From: Lama glama
Taxonomy: Eukaryota
Length of the DNA stretch: 64,000 nucleotides
NCBI GenBank assembly: GCA_028534125.1
Contig: CM052817.1
Location: 90,956,001 to 91,020,000 of the forward strand
Direction of reading: 5' to 3'
Positions 1 to 14,263 of the stretch are shown here, piece after piece. Each line of letters starts with the position of its first letter. Within the stretch, counting starts at the first letter, position 1. Below the pieces are notes generated by a model that was not told the origin of the DNA, did not search any database, and saw only the letters and a list, made by a program, of their open reading frames with translations. Position numbers and translations under genes: made by a program.

Positions 1-214
1 AGAAATGGTACTGAGAGTAGCTAGTAAGCATATATAACCTTATGGAAAGGCCAAATATAGAAGCTGCCGATCAATTATTTTCTTGTTTTACTAAAGAAAT
101 AATAACTACAAACAGATGCAAAGTATCTGGGAATTTCACTTAGGATTGTACTCCTTTGCAAATACAGAAAACCCAGCTATTTTACCTTACACAGATAGAA
201 GTCTCCACAACTAG

Positions 215-590
215 AGTCTAGGAGTAGATAATCTAGGAATAATAGTTGTTCGATGATGTCATCAGTGACTAAACTCATCCATCTTTCCACTCTACCATCC
301 TGGCATGTGGGGCTTTGTTCTCATACTTGTTGCCTCACAGTTGCAAAATGGCTACCACACCTCCAGGCATCACATCCAAATTCCACCCAAGTAGAAAATG
401 AGTAAAGGATGAAAGAACTGTGAAATTTTCTCTGAAATCTCTAACAGCTTTCTGCTTGTATCTCATTAGTCAAATGTATGTCAAAAGATACTCCTTAATG
501 TAAAGTAATATGGGAGGGAGAATTTTTTTAAAAAAATAAGATCCTCAGGGAAGAAGGGTAGACTGGATATTGGGTAGGTGGCTAGCACTG
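215..590 (-). mobile_element. Ancient ERVL/MaLR-class LTR fragment (LTR33/MLT1-like)
   Basis: Diagnostic segments 'aaaatggctaccacacctccaggcatcacatcc' and 'ggatattgggtagg'; heavily decayed, boundaries approximate. Confidence 0.5.
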
Positions 591-3500
591 GGTTTTACAG
601 ATACATTCTCAGAGGTTTGCAAATTTTCTTGAAAATTTTTAATTTGTGGTTTTCACATTGATAACTCATTGATATAATTTAAATATTGAGCTAGATGACC
701 ATCTTATAGTTCTTTGAGCCAGAAATGCTGTGTGATTTTGTTGACTATGTTTAAATCTATACATACAGAGGAACTGATGCCAAAAACCATTACTTCAGTT
801 GTCATGACATAATGAGAAAAGTACAAAAACGGGAGGTGGACAATGCATAAGTGATGTGCTCGGAGAAAATAAAGAACAAATGACATCATGGCATGTGAGA
901 CTGTTAGAAAAAGTAGATAAAATAGTCTGCAACATCTTTAGACAAGACTTCACCTTTGGCCAGTCTCTTGAAAATGTACACTTCCAGGCAATGACAAAGA
1001 GGTATTTGGAACAGTTTTTTTGTTGCCTTCAGTGTTTGGAATCTAGGTAGTCAGAAAAGCCACACAGTTAGAGCAGCACCAGCTTCTAATTTAGGCATTG
1101 CATTAACAAATATGTATGTTAGTGTTTCAAAAACAGGGGGAAAAAACAGAAGCCATAAGAAAGAAAGAAAAGAAAAATTAGGCATATACACATTACTGTG
1201 TCTAGCAAAAGCTAGTTTCCTCTGTAGCTTAATAAAATCCCATGGTTGTTCTTAATAAAAAAAAAAAAAGGACTCACTGGAACTGTCAACCATAGGTAAA
1301 AGGAAAAAAAAAGTCAACTTTAAAGGCACTTCAGAACTGGCTGAGAAATTTGATGAGCTTCCATTTTGCTGTCCAAGAAGGATGGCATTGTGTTGTTACT
1401 GAGTTCTTGCCTGATTCCAAAGCATTTTCCTCTCCATGGTAAACAGAAGTGGTAGAGGCATCAATGCCAAGCATTTTATCCCTCTGACCAAGATAGCTTG
1501 TGGAATCAAATTAACCACATCAATGTGCTTGGATTACTAAACAATTATATAACAATGGCCAGTGACAGAGTTTCCCAAAGTACAAAGCATAGTGGCTCAA
1601 ATTTTTTAAATCTAGAAAAAGAAGGGCTTCCTTTTATTTCCTCTCTTTGGAGAAAGCTATTCTCTAAAAGCTCTACAGCCTCCTGGAGCAATTTTAGTGG
1701 TTTTGAACATTCTGCTCTTTAAAGCCCCTAAAAATGAAAAATGCCATTCTATGAAGAACTAGGCTTCAAAATGAACATGAAATGGTAGATTTTTTTTTCC
1801 ATCTAAGGTCATCTACTTAATGAGCCCCCACCCAAGTTCAAAATCCCCTCAAGCCAATCAAACTTTTCTTTCTATTTGAGTTATATCTCCATCTTTTTCT
1901 TGGGTAAATGTTAGTGAGTTGTGCCCTGCCACCTGCTTCGCTGGTCCACAGCCTGCTCTCGGCTGGCTATCTCCACCTCATCCTTCCTCAGCCCATCCTT
2001 CATTCCTCTGCCAGGTTAGAAAACTACCCAAAGCCACTTAGAAGCTGTAAACACTCAGCCTTCATGAAAATTTCATATGAGGAAAAGATGTTAGCCAGCA
2101 CAACCACTACTGAATTCCTGGTGGAGTTGAGCCCCTAGCTGAGAGTTTTCATTCCTGAGGTCCCAGAATACACAAGAAGGACCTATTTATAACTGTAGCA
2201 GCTCTTTTTAAAATTTCATTTCCTTTATTCCTCTTACTTTCTAGATGTTTCATGCTGAAACTGGCTTAACAACTCTCCTTCTCTCTTCCTTATCTACACT
2301 TTCCTACTTAACCACTCCCAAAGATCCCAAAGCCTCGTTTGGTTTCCGCCTGCTCCTCCCACCCTGTCCTCTTTTCTTCCCGACTGGACCGATCTGAGCC
2401 CTGGTCAGTGCAAATCCACCATTTTGGAATCTTCTTTCACTTGGCCCAGCTCATGAACCCAATCTGCATAAATAGAAGGCAGGGTATGGGCAACAACAAA
2501 CAGGAATCTCCAAAGTTTACTTGAGGATATTAGAAGAGGGAGAGGCATTTATATTGAAACTTCTTTAAAACTTTGTTCACATATGGCTTTATAACACCAT
2601 CTGGCCTTCAAGTGATACAAGTGCATCTTTTTCACATGAAAGCTACCTCTCTTCTGTATTCACCAGCCAACGTCAATAATATTTCCTATTTAGCCATCAA
2701 TATACCATCAGGTACTGAAAGAGCAGGATTTGGTAATAAGACGGCCATTCAGAACACAGACTGACTGTTTTTTTAGGTTACTATCTAAGTGAAAACTTGA
2801 AATTTTTCAGATTTTAGGGGATAATTCACAAATCCGCAAGACTGCGTGACCGCTTTGAGAAACTGTGAGTTAGATGGTGTCCAGGGTCCTTGCCAGCCCA
2901 CACGTTCTCTCCTCTGAGCAAGCTGCAGTAAGTCAACCCAGAAAGATGGTCTGACGCCTGAATGCCGCCGTCGATACTCTTAAACCTTAAATCACTTCCT
3001 TCTTCATGGACTCTGAGGTCAAATCCAGAGATTAAACAGCTTCCTCTGCAGAAATAACAGGAGATACATCTCGCAACTGGCATTAAGGAAGCCCTGTGGA
3101 GTTTAACAGTCACCTGTTTCTAAAGTAATGAGAGGAAGGAAGGCTTACACTCACAAGACTGTTCACAAGGGGCCCTGGGAAGTGACTGACCAGTAAGGTT
3201 TCTCTGCAGGACTCACTGCAGGCATTGGTGGGGAATCTACAATTGAAATAAGGACAGGCTTTCCATCCAAATAGTCCTCACCCACCTGTTCTGGATCCTG
3301 AAATTCACACCATAAAATTTGATTATTCCATTTCCAATTCTTCCTTGTAAGCAAATACTCTGGGGAAGGGCTACACTTTCACAAAACATTAGCTCTTTCC
3401 TACTGTCAAGCCCTGGTTAGGGCTCTGTTGCTGCTCTCCATCTCCCCCACAATCGCCTGCTCTTTTCTCTCCGCTTATAATCCAGTGTACCCTCTAGTGT

Positions 3501-5576
3501 TGCACTCAGATGCCCCCATTCTACCTGGACCTTTTTCCACTGCAGCTTGGAGTGAGCCTCCCTCTTTGCTCATTCCTTACACTTTTAATCATACATTGCT
3601 TGTAGCTGTTGACTTTTTCCTCTTTCTCCAGCTAAATCTCAAATATGCTGTAAGGTCTTTGAACTCAGAATTGAAGTCATTACTCTTTTTTTTTTGGAAT
3701 GGCCTAGACCTAAGTGTTAACCACAACTTTTTTGACAATAGATTGGAAGAGAGAACAGAAGGAATGGGATACAGGAGGAGATGACTATTTTAATAAGGGA
3801 GCAAGAGGGGAGAAGTGGGGCTGGATAGTCCTGATTGGACTGCTACAAGGGCAGACAGAAGAAGTACAGGAGGCAATGGGGACCTTCCTTACCATCCTGC
3901 CTCTGGCTCCTCTGAGCTTCTGATTTCCTTCTTCCCTGCAGTTTGGCTGAGAGGAAATGTCAAGGCTGCCCCAACATGACAATCTAATGCTACACTGAAA
4001 TGTTTGGCCTTTTCCTTTTTCCTGGCTTAATTGAGATTTGTCAGCAAGAACTACACAGGAAAATGTATCTCCTACCTGACTGCCTCACCTTCAAAGCAGA
4101 TTAGCCATTTCTGGGACAGAAAGGCTGCGCAGCTGCTTTTGTAAAGAACATAACGCTAGCTTGGCGAGTGCACCGTCACACAGACCTCTTTCCTCTGGTC
4201 AAGAAACATACGCAGGAACACAAGGTACTGCACATTCAGAAAAGGTCCAAGTCCTTCATTTGTCCAAAAAGTCTCGCAGTTTGACTTCCTGCCCCGTATT
4301 GTGAAGGGTCAGGGAAACTTTCTGCGTTAATTATGTATGAGGAACCCTGGGGAAAGACTGATCCAATGGCCAAATACACACATGCTGTTCCTCCACCCTC
4401 ACCCCCTCTCCGGAGCAGTGACCCTGGGGGAGACCATGAAGACTGTCCTCAATTTCAGCACAGCCACACAGAGCGGGGATGTGCATAAGAAAAAGAAGAT
4501 CAAAGAGGAAAAGATGAAGCCAGGGAAGAGGCAGAGGAAAAGAGAGAAGGGGATAAAAGAAAAATGAGGGCAAAGGAGAGCGAGGGAGAGGAGAAGCAGG
4601 AGGGAGACGGCCTGGGACAGAAAGAGACAGGCAGTAATGAGGTGGTTCGGCCCCTGGTTTGTCTCCTCTCCTTGATAACTTAAACGTCTTCCTTGGGAGC
4701 GCTCGCTCGGTCTTCCTGGCTGAAGTGGGTGGGATGGTGCTAGGGGGTGAACCTCGGGCTCTGGTCCTCACTGGACCCTCCCTGGATCCTGTGCCGGCTT
4801 CTCTGAAGTCCAGACACATGAACGTATCCACTCTGGTCAGCTCAGCTATTTCAACTAAATCTATTTCCATCAAATTATCACTTCTAGCAGTGATAGAAAA
4901 ATTAATCATTTCTTGAAGGAACTATTGTATTTAAGTATCTCAAGCCTGTTGGTGTGATGTGTGTCAGCAAGAAAGAAACATATTGACTTGGAGCTGCCTC
5001 TAATGCTGGCTTTATAAATATCCTGTCAGATGAAGAATGGCTCTCGATGGACCCAGTATGATGTACAGTTCTAAACCAAGCAGGGTTTTGCCGAGAGGCT
5101 CAAAGGAAGCTGCCGTCGCAGTACCATGGGCTGAATAATGGGGTCTGTGTTTATCTTTCCTACCAGAGAAAGGAGCAGTGGAGGGGCTGGCTCGGCAGGC
5201 ACTGAGGAGAAGGTAGATTGATTCATCAGACTCCACAAAAGGTCCCAATCTCAAAGGGCGAGAGCTGAGCGTATCCAGAATACCAAAGAGCAAGCAAAGT
5301 CTGCATGAGAGTCTATTTGACAACCGGCAGCTGAGGTGGGGCACTGGAGGGTCGCTCCTGCGAGAAAAAAGCCGAAGCCCCTCTCAGCTGATGAGAGCCG
5401 TGGGCCGAGCAGGAAATCCCCACGGCCTGCGTAGCTCCAGTCAGGACTGAACACGGTAGTGACTGGAGCTGCTCAGACAGTTCAGCCATGTCCACTGTCT
5501 CATCCACCCCCTTTCCTCTTCCTGCTGCTTTTACTGACCCTCTCTTCCATTTCACTGAACATCAGAGAACAGTTCT

Positions 5577-5944
5577 TGCTTTGGACTGAATCTGTGTCCC
5601 CCTCTAAAAAATTCGTATGTTGAAACCTAAACCCCCACATGAGGCTATCAGGAGGTAGGGCTTTGGGGGAGGTAATTAGGTCACGAGGGTGGAGCCCATG
5701 TGAGTGGCATTAGCGCCCTTATAGGAGAGACTCCAGAGAGCTCCCTCCACCCCTTCCACCATGTGAGCACACAGTGAGAAAAAGTCTGCCGGCTATGAAT
5801 CAGGAAGCAGGTCCTCACCAAACACCGAATCTGCCCACACCTTGATCTTGAACTTTCCAGCCTTTTGTGAGAAATAAGTGCATGTTGTTTATGAGCCACC
5901 TAGTTTATGGTGTTCTGTTTTGGCAACGTGAACAGACTAAGACA
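5577..5944 (+). mobile_element. MaLR solo LTR (MLT1A/MLT1A0-like)
   Basis: Begins tgctttggactgaat, ends gactaagaca; internal 'ggaggtaattaggtcacgagggtggagccc' and 'ccttgatcttgaactttccagcc'. Confidence 0.85.
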
Positions 5945-7619
5945 GCCTAATCAGGAAACTCAGTGTCATTTTGCTTCCTCTTTAGAGTTCTCACAAATAT
6001 TAGGTGAGGGGCAGGTGGACGAAGGGATGGCAATTGCTGGTTGCAGAGGAGATGGTGTTATTGCCTGTGGACGTCAGTTACCGATGGCCTTTGAGGACTG
6101 ACCCTCTTACACTGGCATGCCCACAATTCATCTTCAAAAGACATTTGAAGATGAGAAGTTAGGGGACTTTAAAATTCTAAACAACCTCATTCAAAGGGAA
6201 ACAGTCACTTAGCCTGGACTTTGATGACCTACTCTGGGTTTTAATGTTGCCTTCTACCTAAAGCAATTGAGAATCTCTGCTCTTTAACAGATAAACAGAG
6301 TTGAAAGATTAATTAAAATGTGGGGCAGAGAACGCCCTACCATATTTCATAGGGGGATGTGGCAAAAAGGAACCATGCAAATCAACAGTAATTCAAAAGG
6401 CTTCATCTTAACTGGAATCGCTTTTGGTAAAAAGTTAAAATAGAACACAACTTTAAAAAATAAAAGTCCCAGGTGATACCGTTTGCCACCACTGTACTAA
6501 ATTTCCTCACATAAATTAGATATCCCTGTGTTCCTGCTAAGGAATCTTCTAGGCTGTTAGTAGGGAAGAGAAACAATCTTCACACACATTTTTTGGATGT
6601 GTGTTTGGCTGAGAGAGAGAAACACGTCTTTCACTTCCCCAAACATCACAGCCTTGAGTTTACAGGATGACCGTGGCATTGCTGTGTATCTATGTTCACA
6701 ATGCCTTCTGCAAGGGGGCTCTTGCCAGTGGTGTGGTCTTGGCACAGCCAGTAAACACACAGAGGTTCATCCTGCATCTCGTAGCAAGCACCATTACACA
6801 GCAGAGGCCGGGAGAGAGGACTCTTCTACCAGGTACCAGTGATGCTGAGGGGTCTCAATCCCAGAGAAACTATTACGACTTTCAGAAGAGAAATACGATG
6901 GACATATAACTTTACTGGGTATTTCATGTTTGTAAAAGAAATAGCCTTAACCGACAACGAACCAAATGGCCCCCTGCCTTCCAGGCGCTCAGCAAATTAG
7001 ACACTTTTTTAAAAGTTAAAGAAAGAATAAAGAAACTGGTTCATAATTTTAGGGCATCTACCCACCTGTCGGAATGGAGCTAGACAGTCTGAAAGCTAGG
7101 AGTTGACTTTACACTTTGGTTATTCACCTATCACTCTAGCTTGGTGACCACTAACTGCCATGATGCAGACAGCAGAACATCCTCCCATCTTCCATGAAGC
7201 TTGTCTTTCAAATACTCACTGCTCATCTTGTAGACACGAGTTCATCAGATCCCAGGAAAGAATGATGGCCCCCGGCAGACCCACAACTGGTGGGAGGAAC
7301 CCTGACTTCAGCTCCACCAACAGCCTCTCCTGACCCTCGACAGCCTGTCCTCTTGTGCCTCCTGGGACTGATGCCACCCTGTCCTCCTGCTTTCCTCCTG
7401 GGGACTCTGAAGGGTGGGCAGCAGCATGAAAACTGTGGTGTTTCCCAACCTTTGGTCCACCCAGATTGGTCATCTTTGCAAAGATGAACCTCTCACCCTG
7501 GTGTCTGACTATCACTTCCTCCTGGATAGTGAAGGCTCTATTGCCACATGACTATCAAGGGGGAAAGTGTTTCTTCCTCCGAAGTTATGGAAAGACAGCT
7601 CCAGATGAAGGCAGTTCCT

Positions 7620-7730
7620 TCCACTCATTGATTAAACCACACCACACAGAGCAGGTGCTGTGAGGTGCACTGGAGATTCAGCAGTGGACAACAGGCAAGG
7701 TCCCCACTCTTGTGCAACTTACAACCTCAT
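7620..7730 (-). mobile_element. L2 3' fragment
   Basis: 'ggtgcactggagattcagcagtggacaacaggcaaggtcccc' resembles the antisense L2 3' end. Confidence 0.5.
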
Positions 7731-9635
7731 TTCAGGTGAGGACAGGAGAGAAATGGAGACTAGAAAAGGAAATAAAAATAAATCCAATGACTACACGCTG
7801 TGATGAGCCCTTTAGGTAGACTTCCGATATAAGTCTCAAATCCATCACAACTTTGGGAAGGGGACAACAGCAACCCACACATAACAAATTCTGTGGTCAC
7901 CCTGCAGTGATCATTCCACTCCTCAAAAAAGTAACTGATGTGGGATCTTTTCTGACGGGCAGAGACATGTCCTGCTTGTGATCTCATCATCCAGTGGGTG
8001 CAGAGTTCCCCTGGCAAATCATGTGACCTCTCTCTTTTTACACAAAATGCCCAGAAGTAGGGTTCAACATATTCTTTTGATTGCATTTGTGACCAAGAAA
8101 GTAATAAGGGTAAAAAATGCATTCTTTCTCCTGATTCCTCAGTTCCATCCTTATTCCTAAAGAGCTTTCCCCAGTTCTTCCATCAGAATTTAGGGATATC
8201 AAAATAAAATTTTGAAGGGTTGTTTCCTCTTTTCTTAGTATTTTAGGTCTTTATAGCTCTCAAAGCATTTTATCTTTTCCTTCAAAATGTTTGCAGGCTT
8301 TGCTATCACCCACTAACAATCTAATTCTGACCCTCTTATTTCCCTTTGAAGTGGGAAATAATTTCCTTATTTCTATATTCTTTATCACAATTCCTCTGGT
8401 TATGGCGTTACCTTCTAACTTGAAATAATCACCGACATTCTTCCTCTATCCTCAGCCCCTACACCACAAAGGACCCCCAGCTTTCCTGCCCTCTAATTTG
8501 GAAAGTCCTTTCCTCTGTCACCCCCAGCAGAGATAACAGCTGCCTCTTTGTTCTTTAAGTTCCTGCTGTCAACTGGCAGCAGATCCGGGGACAGCAGCCA
8601 CTTCTGCAGACCCTAAGCCCCGCATTCCACTTGCTCTTCTCCAGCTGACCACAAGCATCTTCCCCTAAGTGAGCAATAGCTATTCTGGAAACTTCTTCCA
8701 CACCAGCAGGCCGGCCTGTGAGACTCCAAAAGGAAAGCATAAGACAAGGCGATTATCCTCACTCAAAGTTTTCAGCAGGAAATGGAATCTCTCCAAAAGC
8801 AGATAGCCACACTGGGGCTGGACAAAACCAAAGGAAGAATGGCTCCACGTCTCCACCTCTTATCCACTGAGAGGCAACAGTTCCTTTCACGGCAGAAAGG
8901 AACATCTTCGTGAGCTCAGAACAAATTTTTATTCTCAGATAAAACACAAGAACTTCTAAGTACTCCAAACCAGAGCTTTAAAAATACCATTCTGGTACCT
9001 TCCTAACAAGCCCCCCCACCCATCTTTCCAACATTATCTTACTTAGCATCCCAGCATGGGCATCAAACTCCAGCCAAAACACCTGAAGCATCATTCCTGA
9101 AACAGACCAGCACTTTGCAACCTCTGAGCATCTGTTCACCAGATTCCTGTCTTGGAATGTTCCTCATTTGAGACTCCTTTAACTGCTGCCTCCCCCATGA
9201 ATCCTTCCCCACCCCTCAGTCAAAATCAGTCTCCTCTACTCTGTGCTCTCCTAATGTGCTGCTTATAGGTCTACAAGAAAAGTGGCCAAATTTTGTCTGG
9301 TACAATAGCTACTGACTATAAACTCATTGAAGTTAAATCTTGGGTCTTAATGGTTTTCTCTCCAGCTTCTGGCACACAGAGCCGGCAATATTTAAATATG
9401 TGTTAAATGTAAATGATCATCAATAGTGACTTTCTCTTTAGTGATAGATAGTTTGTAGAGGAAATAAATCTTCTGTGAATATATGATTGTCTCTTCTCCC
9501 ATTTGTATTGCTGGAACAGTAAGCAGAGTGTCTGGTGCATAGTAATAATTGCATACATTTTTGTCATTTTGGAGGAAGAGGAAGAGAAGGATGATGTGAA
9601 AAAGAAAAAGGGAAAGAAGAGAGAAATGACCATCA

Positions 9636-10138
9636 TGATTGGTTTAAAGATGGCCACAGATTCTTGGACACTCCTTCCATGAAGTGTGGTCTATTTCCCC
9701 TCCCCTTAAATGTGGGCAGGCTCTGTAGCTGCTCTGACCAATGAAATAAAGTGAAAATGGCACTTTGCCAGTTTCCAAGTCAAGTTCTTACCAGACTCCT
9801 CATTTTCACTGCCTGTCTTAGAACAGTCATTCCTGGAACCCAGCTGCCATGTTGCGGAACCTTCAGCAGCCCAAGGAGAGGCCTCCATGAAAATGAATCA
9901 AGGCCCCAAGCCACAACTGTGCTTCTGCTGACCATGTACCAACTTGTACATGTAAACCAACTTGGAAGTGAATGCTCCAGCCCCTGTGACTTGCTCCAGC
10001 CTGAGGCCACGGGAGCAGTGCTGTCCCCAGCAAAACCCTCATCCAAATTGCAATTCATGAGCAAATTAAGTGTGTCGTTATTTCAAGCCATTAAGATATT
10101 GGGATGGCTTGTAAAAGTGCAGTAAATGATTGGGACCA
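9636..10138 (+). mobile_element. MaLR LTR (MLT1G/H-like)
   Basis: 'aaagatggccacagattctt', 'cagctgccatgttg', 'ccaaattgcaattcatgagcaaat...tttcaagcca'. Confidence 0.75.
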
Positions 10139-11474
10139 CTACTTAGCTAACTTTTCTTTCACCTTTTAAGATTCTAATCTCATATTTTGAAAATCAAAAA
10201 ATTTCCTAGGTTTTTCAATATTCATAACATAGTTTGGCCAGTTAATGAATGGGTTACTCTGTTTGAATGAATCATAAGTTGGGTGTGGTATTTAAACTGC
10301 ATAAACCAAAAACTCTCTCTGGGTCAGGGGTGAGCCTGAGTAGGATGTGGGCCTCCCACCCCTACTTCCACCAAAGCTGCTCCTCTTCCCTCTGTTGTCA
10401 TATTGTGAGTTCTCCTTAGGCAGCCATTTGAATAAAAGATTCCATTGCAAGATGTTTGAAAAGGGCTATTCTAGAATATCAAGCCCAGCAAATTTGAGGC
10501 TGTGCTCTCTGCTAGTACTTCTGATAACTTTCACAAACCAATGGAGCAATTGCTTAAATTGTTTTTCATTTACAGGCAAAATGAAACTGAAACCCTAGTT
10601 ACATTTTCTACAATCTCTCCTATGCTGGGCATTTTTGCTTCTGCCTGGGTTACCTGGTACGTGAAAGGCAACTCCTATTGCTTTCAGAAGCTCCCTCTAT
10701 AAGCTGCAACACAGTGACACCTACTTGGAAAAATTCCTCCCAGGAGTCGTGGATGACATTTCTGGGAAACGTCCCAGAATGGCACATTGGAAATTAACAA
10801 GCATACCAAGCAACTGGCTCCTGGAGAAGATGTACCGTCTTTTTCATTCAGCAAAATTGTATCATCAGTGTAATGACCTCACTGCCTCCCTGGGCCACCA
10901 CCACTCAACACTGAAGCCATACGACATTATTTCTTATAGGTTGAGGCTTGCTTCAGACACTGGGACCCTGTATGTCCCCAGTCAGGGATGATTTAAGGAC
11001 ATACAGGTCAGAAATGTAAGTGCTTAGGGTGGAAAATGATCTCGGTAGTCCCATCTGACTTTAAGATCAGATTCTAGTAACTGGACACAACCCTCCTCCC
11101 ACAGCCAGGAACCCACATTCCTCCCCAGTTTCCAGCCACTGAGTCCTAGCCTGGCTTCCTACCTCGTCCTCAGTTTCCCCAAAACCAGAGCCCTGCTGTT
11201 TTTTCCATAATTTAGTCCAGGCTCTGAGAGACTCCCTGACAGTGATGGATGCCTTCCTGAGCCTGAGCATCTTGCCTCTTCCAAACTCCTCACCCCTGGG
11301 CTGCAGCACCTCCCTGCAAGGACACACCTGGTCACCTCTTGCTGGCCAGCCTTGACACTGGCACTTCTCCAGCCTCCACCACACTTTTCAGAAAGCACCC
11401 ATAGTGTGCAGGCTGGCTTGCTCGATCCCTGCAGAGTCAGCTTCTCCGGGTCTGCCCCACCACAAGGATGTGAA

Positions 11475-11916
11475 CTGTTCCTGGGACATTGGAGGGCTGC
11501 CATAATTAAGGACCACAGACCAAGTACCTTAAACAACAGAAAAGGATCATCTCCCAGCTTGGGAGGCTGGTAATCAAGATGTCAAGATCAAGATCAAGGT
11601 GTCAAGATCAAGGTATTGGCAGGGCTGGTTCCTTCTGAGGGCTGAGAGTAGAGGATCTGTTGCGGCTCTCTCTCCTGGGCTTGCAGACGGCTGTCTTCTC
11701 CCTGGGTCTTCACATTGTCTTCGCTCTGTGTGGTGTCTCTGTGTCTAAAGAGAGGCCTCTTCTTCCAAAGGGACCAGCCATATTGGATTTGAGCCCACAT
11801 TAAATGACCACATTTTAATGTAACTACCTCTGTAAAGACCCCATCTTAAATACAGTCACAGTCTAAGGTACTGAGGGTTAGGACTTCAACTTATGAATGA
11901 TGGGGTGCACATAACA
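11475..11916 (-). mobile_element. MaLR LTR (MLT1B-like)
   Basis: 'agggctgccata...cttaaacaacaga', 'ggcagggctggttccttctgaggg', 'tacagtcaca...ggttaggacttcaac'. Confidence 0.85.
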
Positions 11917-13685
11917 GATGCACCCCTTTTGTTTCACCCCATGATCCACGTAGGTGTGAGCTTGAGAGAGTCTAAAGGCACTGATTTTCAACTCAACCTC
12001 ACTCCTATGATGAGGAAATCCCAGCTTAAATCTAAATGGCATCCACTGCAAGGTCTCAGATGTGAGTGTGTCATCCAGCCTGGTGGGGCAGGATTGCCAA
12101 GAGCCTATTTTCACCTAAAAGACTGAGTAGCTTCCCAGAGTACACTGACCCAAAAGCGGACTGGCATATGCATGGCCACTAGGAAATAGTATGGTGTCTG
12201 TTACCTGGATATTTCTTCCAACTCCTATAAAATCATATATTGGGGGAGAAAATAGTCTTCAAATTAAAACTAAAGGAGCTATTTTTATTTTTTAAATGTT
12301 TTCAGTCTGTGTCGCATAAGCCTTGCTACCTGGTTCCTGAGGACACAGAAGTCACATCATAGAAACTTCCAGAAATTATTGGGGGAGACAGGGGTCATTT
12401 TGCAAGGAGCTAGAGTAGGTACATATTATAGCAGTAAGAGCAAGAGTTAACAACATGCAAACTGTCTCCAAAAAAAATGACTTTTTTGTGCCTGTCTAGA
12501 AAACTAGGGCTACCAAAGTCACAGTTAAAGAAAGGATTTCTAGAAAACTGGGATTGATGGCCATGCAATTTCAATGTGGCTGGAGCTAAGTCAGGAAGGT
12601 TATGATTTAAAGTTAGTATCTGGTCAGTACATTTCTTCCAATAACACCTTGTTAAATAGATGCAGCCAGTCTCTTTGAATCTTGGAGGTTGTCATCTTCA
12701 TTTGGGCAATGGAATGGGATGTCCAGAAAGCATAACAAAGAGCTACATTATTTCATCCACCTCCATTATTATGGTTTCATTTAAGAAAAGTGATCAGAGT
12801 TAAAAATCTCTTGAGTTGGCTTCATTTGGAAAAACAAAATTCCCAGCAAAGGGGGCACACGAGCCTCCAGAGACTTCCAACAAATCCAATGGCTGCCAAG
12901 TCCAACTGTATAAAATCCAACAGTATCAGTGAGCCCCGTTGTCTCTTATTTGTAGCTGGTAGTAAAAACCTGCGCTGCTTGCAACGAATTCAACATCCAA
13001 GGTAGAAGGTTTATGACAACCTTATTTTCCTTGTCACAAAGTACGTACGAAAACCAAGTTGAGAAGGGAAACAAAGGGCAGAAATCCTGAGGCTAAATTA
13101 CAGGTTTACATACCCAGGAAATATTATTAGCCTAGTCAAGTTCCTACGGAACTTCTGCCATCCGCCTATTTTGATTTCTCTGCGGCTTTAGTGGGACACC
13201 ACACTCCATGCTTGGCTGCCTCATGAAGTGTTGTTATTTAAGAGTTGAAGCGCTCTACCCAGGGGCGGCAACAATTCCCCACGGAGGTTTTACATCAGTT
13301 TAATTTTTCACAGCTTTGCAAAATTCTTTAGTCTAACAGAAGTCATACACAGAGAGGGGAAGTTTTATCAAGGTTGTTTTTACACAGAGCTGAGACTAAC
13401 TGGTGATGACTAACGTGGACCCTCCCAAGTTCAATCACCTGAGAGCTTCAGTCTTGTAAAGCACCTGATCTAGAACCTGAATGTGGTAGGCATGCAACAA
13501 ACATCAAGGTAACCACAGTGTGGGTTTCATTCAAACACAGCACAATTTTTAAAATAAAGTGGCTTACTTATGTCTGAGCCTTTGTTTTCCAATCAACTTT
13601 CAAATCTGTAAGGAGATCCTTCTGCTTTGCTACTGTATGAATAAAACACCCAACTGAATTCACCTTCAGCTACTGAGCTGGGCTT

Positions 13686-14263
13686 GTCAGTCGGTTTTGC
13701 AGTGATCAGAGAGTGAGTCACAACTACGGAGAGTGGGGACACATCGTTGTCCAAGTCTAATTGGAAGCCTGGGTAGTTTAAGGCAGCAGCCGAGGCAGGA
13801 GATTAGGACAGGCTGGAGACCAGGAAGGAAGACTTCTGATTGCCTCCACATGCCTTCTGCTCTCAAGTAAAATAGCAGAGCCATGCAAAGTGGCAGGCAT
13901 ACTCTGTCCTCTGCCTGGGAGGGGCCACAAACCCTCTTGACCTTCAGCTTCTGGTGGAATTGGGCCAAAGGGGAAGCCTGCTGGAAGACAGAGGGAGGGA
14001 GGAAAGTCATGGCAAGGTCTTCATTCCCTTGGCTTCTCCCAGCTGAGTGCAAACCTCCACTGAAGGTCCCAGGGACTGTCCAGGCAGCCCACCCTATACA
14101 ACTGTCTCCTTTCAGACTTCAGATGCATCGCCACCTCTCACCTTTGGGGTTTAGAGGGATGAGAACCTTCCCCGGGCACTTTATCATCACCTGTAGTTTC
14201 CCTATACCCTACCCACACCTTTGTAGCTCATCTCTTTATTAAACCATCCTCAAGTTATCCTTT
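13686..14263 (+). mobile_element. Old ERVL-class LTR (family uncertain)
   Basis: 3' part 'tttccctataccctacccacacctttgta...ctttattaaaccatcctcaagttatcc' is typical of ERVL LTR ends; 5' boundary uncertain. Confidence 0.55.

Noticed and set aside
2826..3060. Possible minus-strand terminal coding exon (RGSCLISGF...RSLADL)
   Set aside because: Plausible acceptor and open frame, but no recognisable homology or linked upstream coding exon
4331..4909. Longest ORF in the track (192 aa, minus strand)
   Set aside because: Its length is largely due to a purine/pyrimidine-skewed tract (about 4485-4630) giving L/P/S/F-rich sequence; no recognisable domain or exon structure
6128..6154. Perfect 11-bp inverted repeat (tcatcttcaaa / tttgaagatga)
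   Set aside because: AT-rich, does not extend, and one such stem is plausible by chance in 64 kb
11575..11614. Local tcaagat/tcaaggt reiteration
   Set aside because: Slippage duplication inside an MLT1B-like LTR; no sign of function
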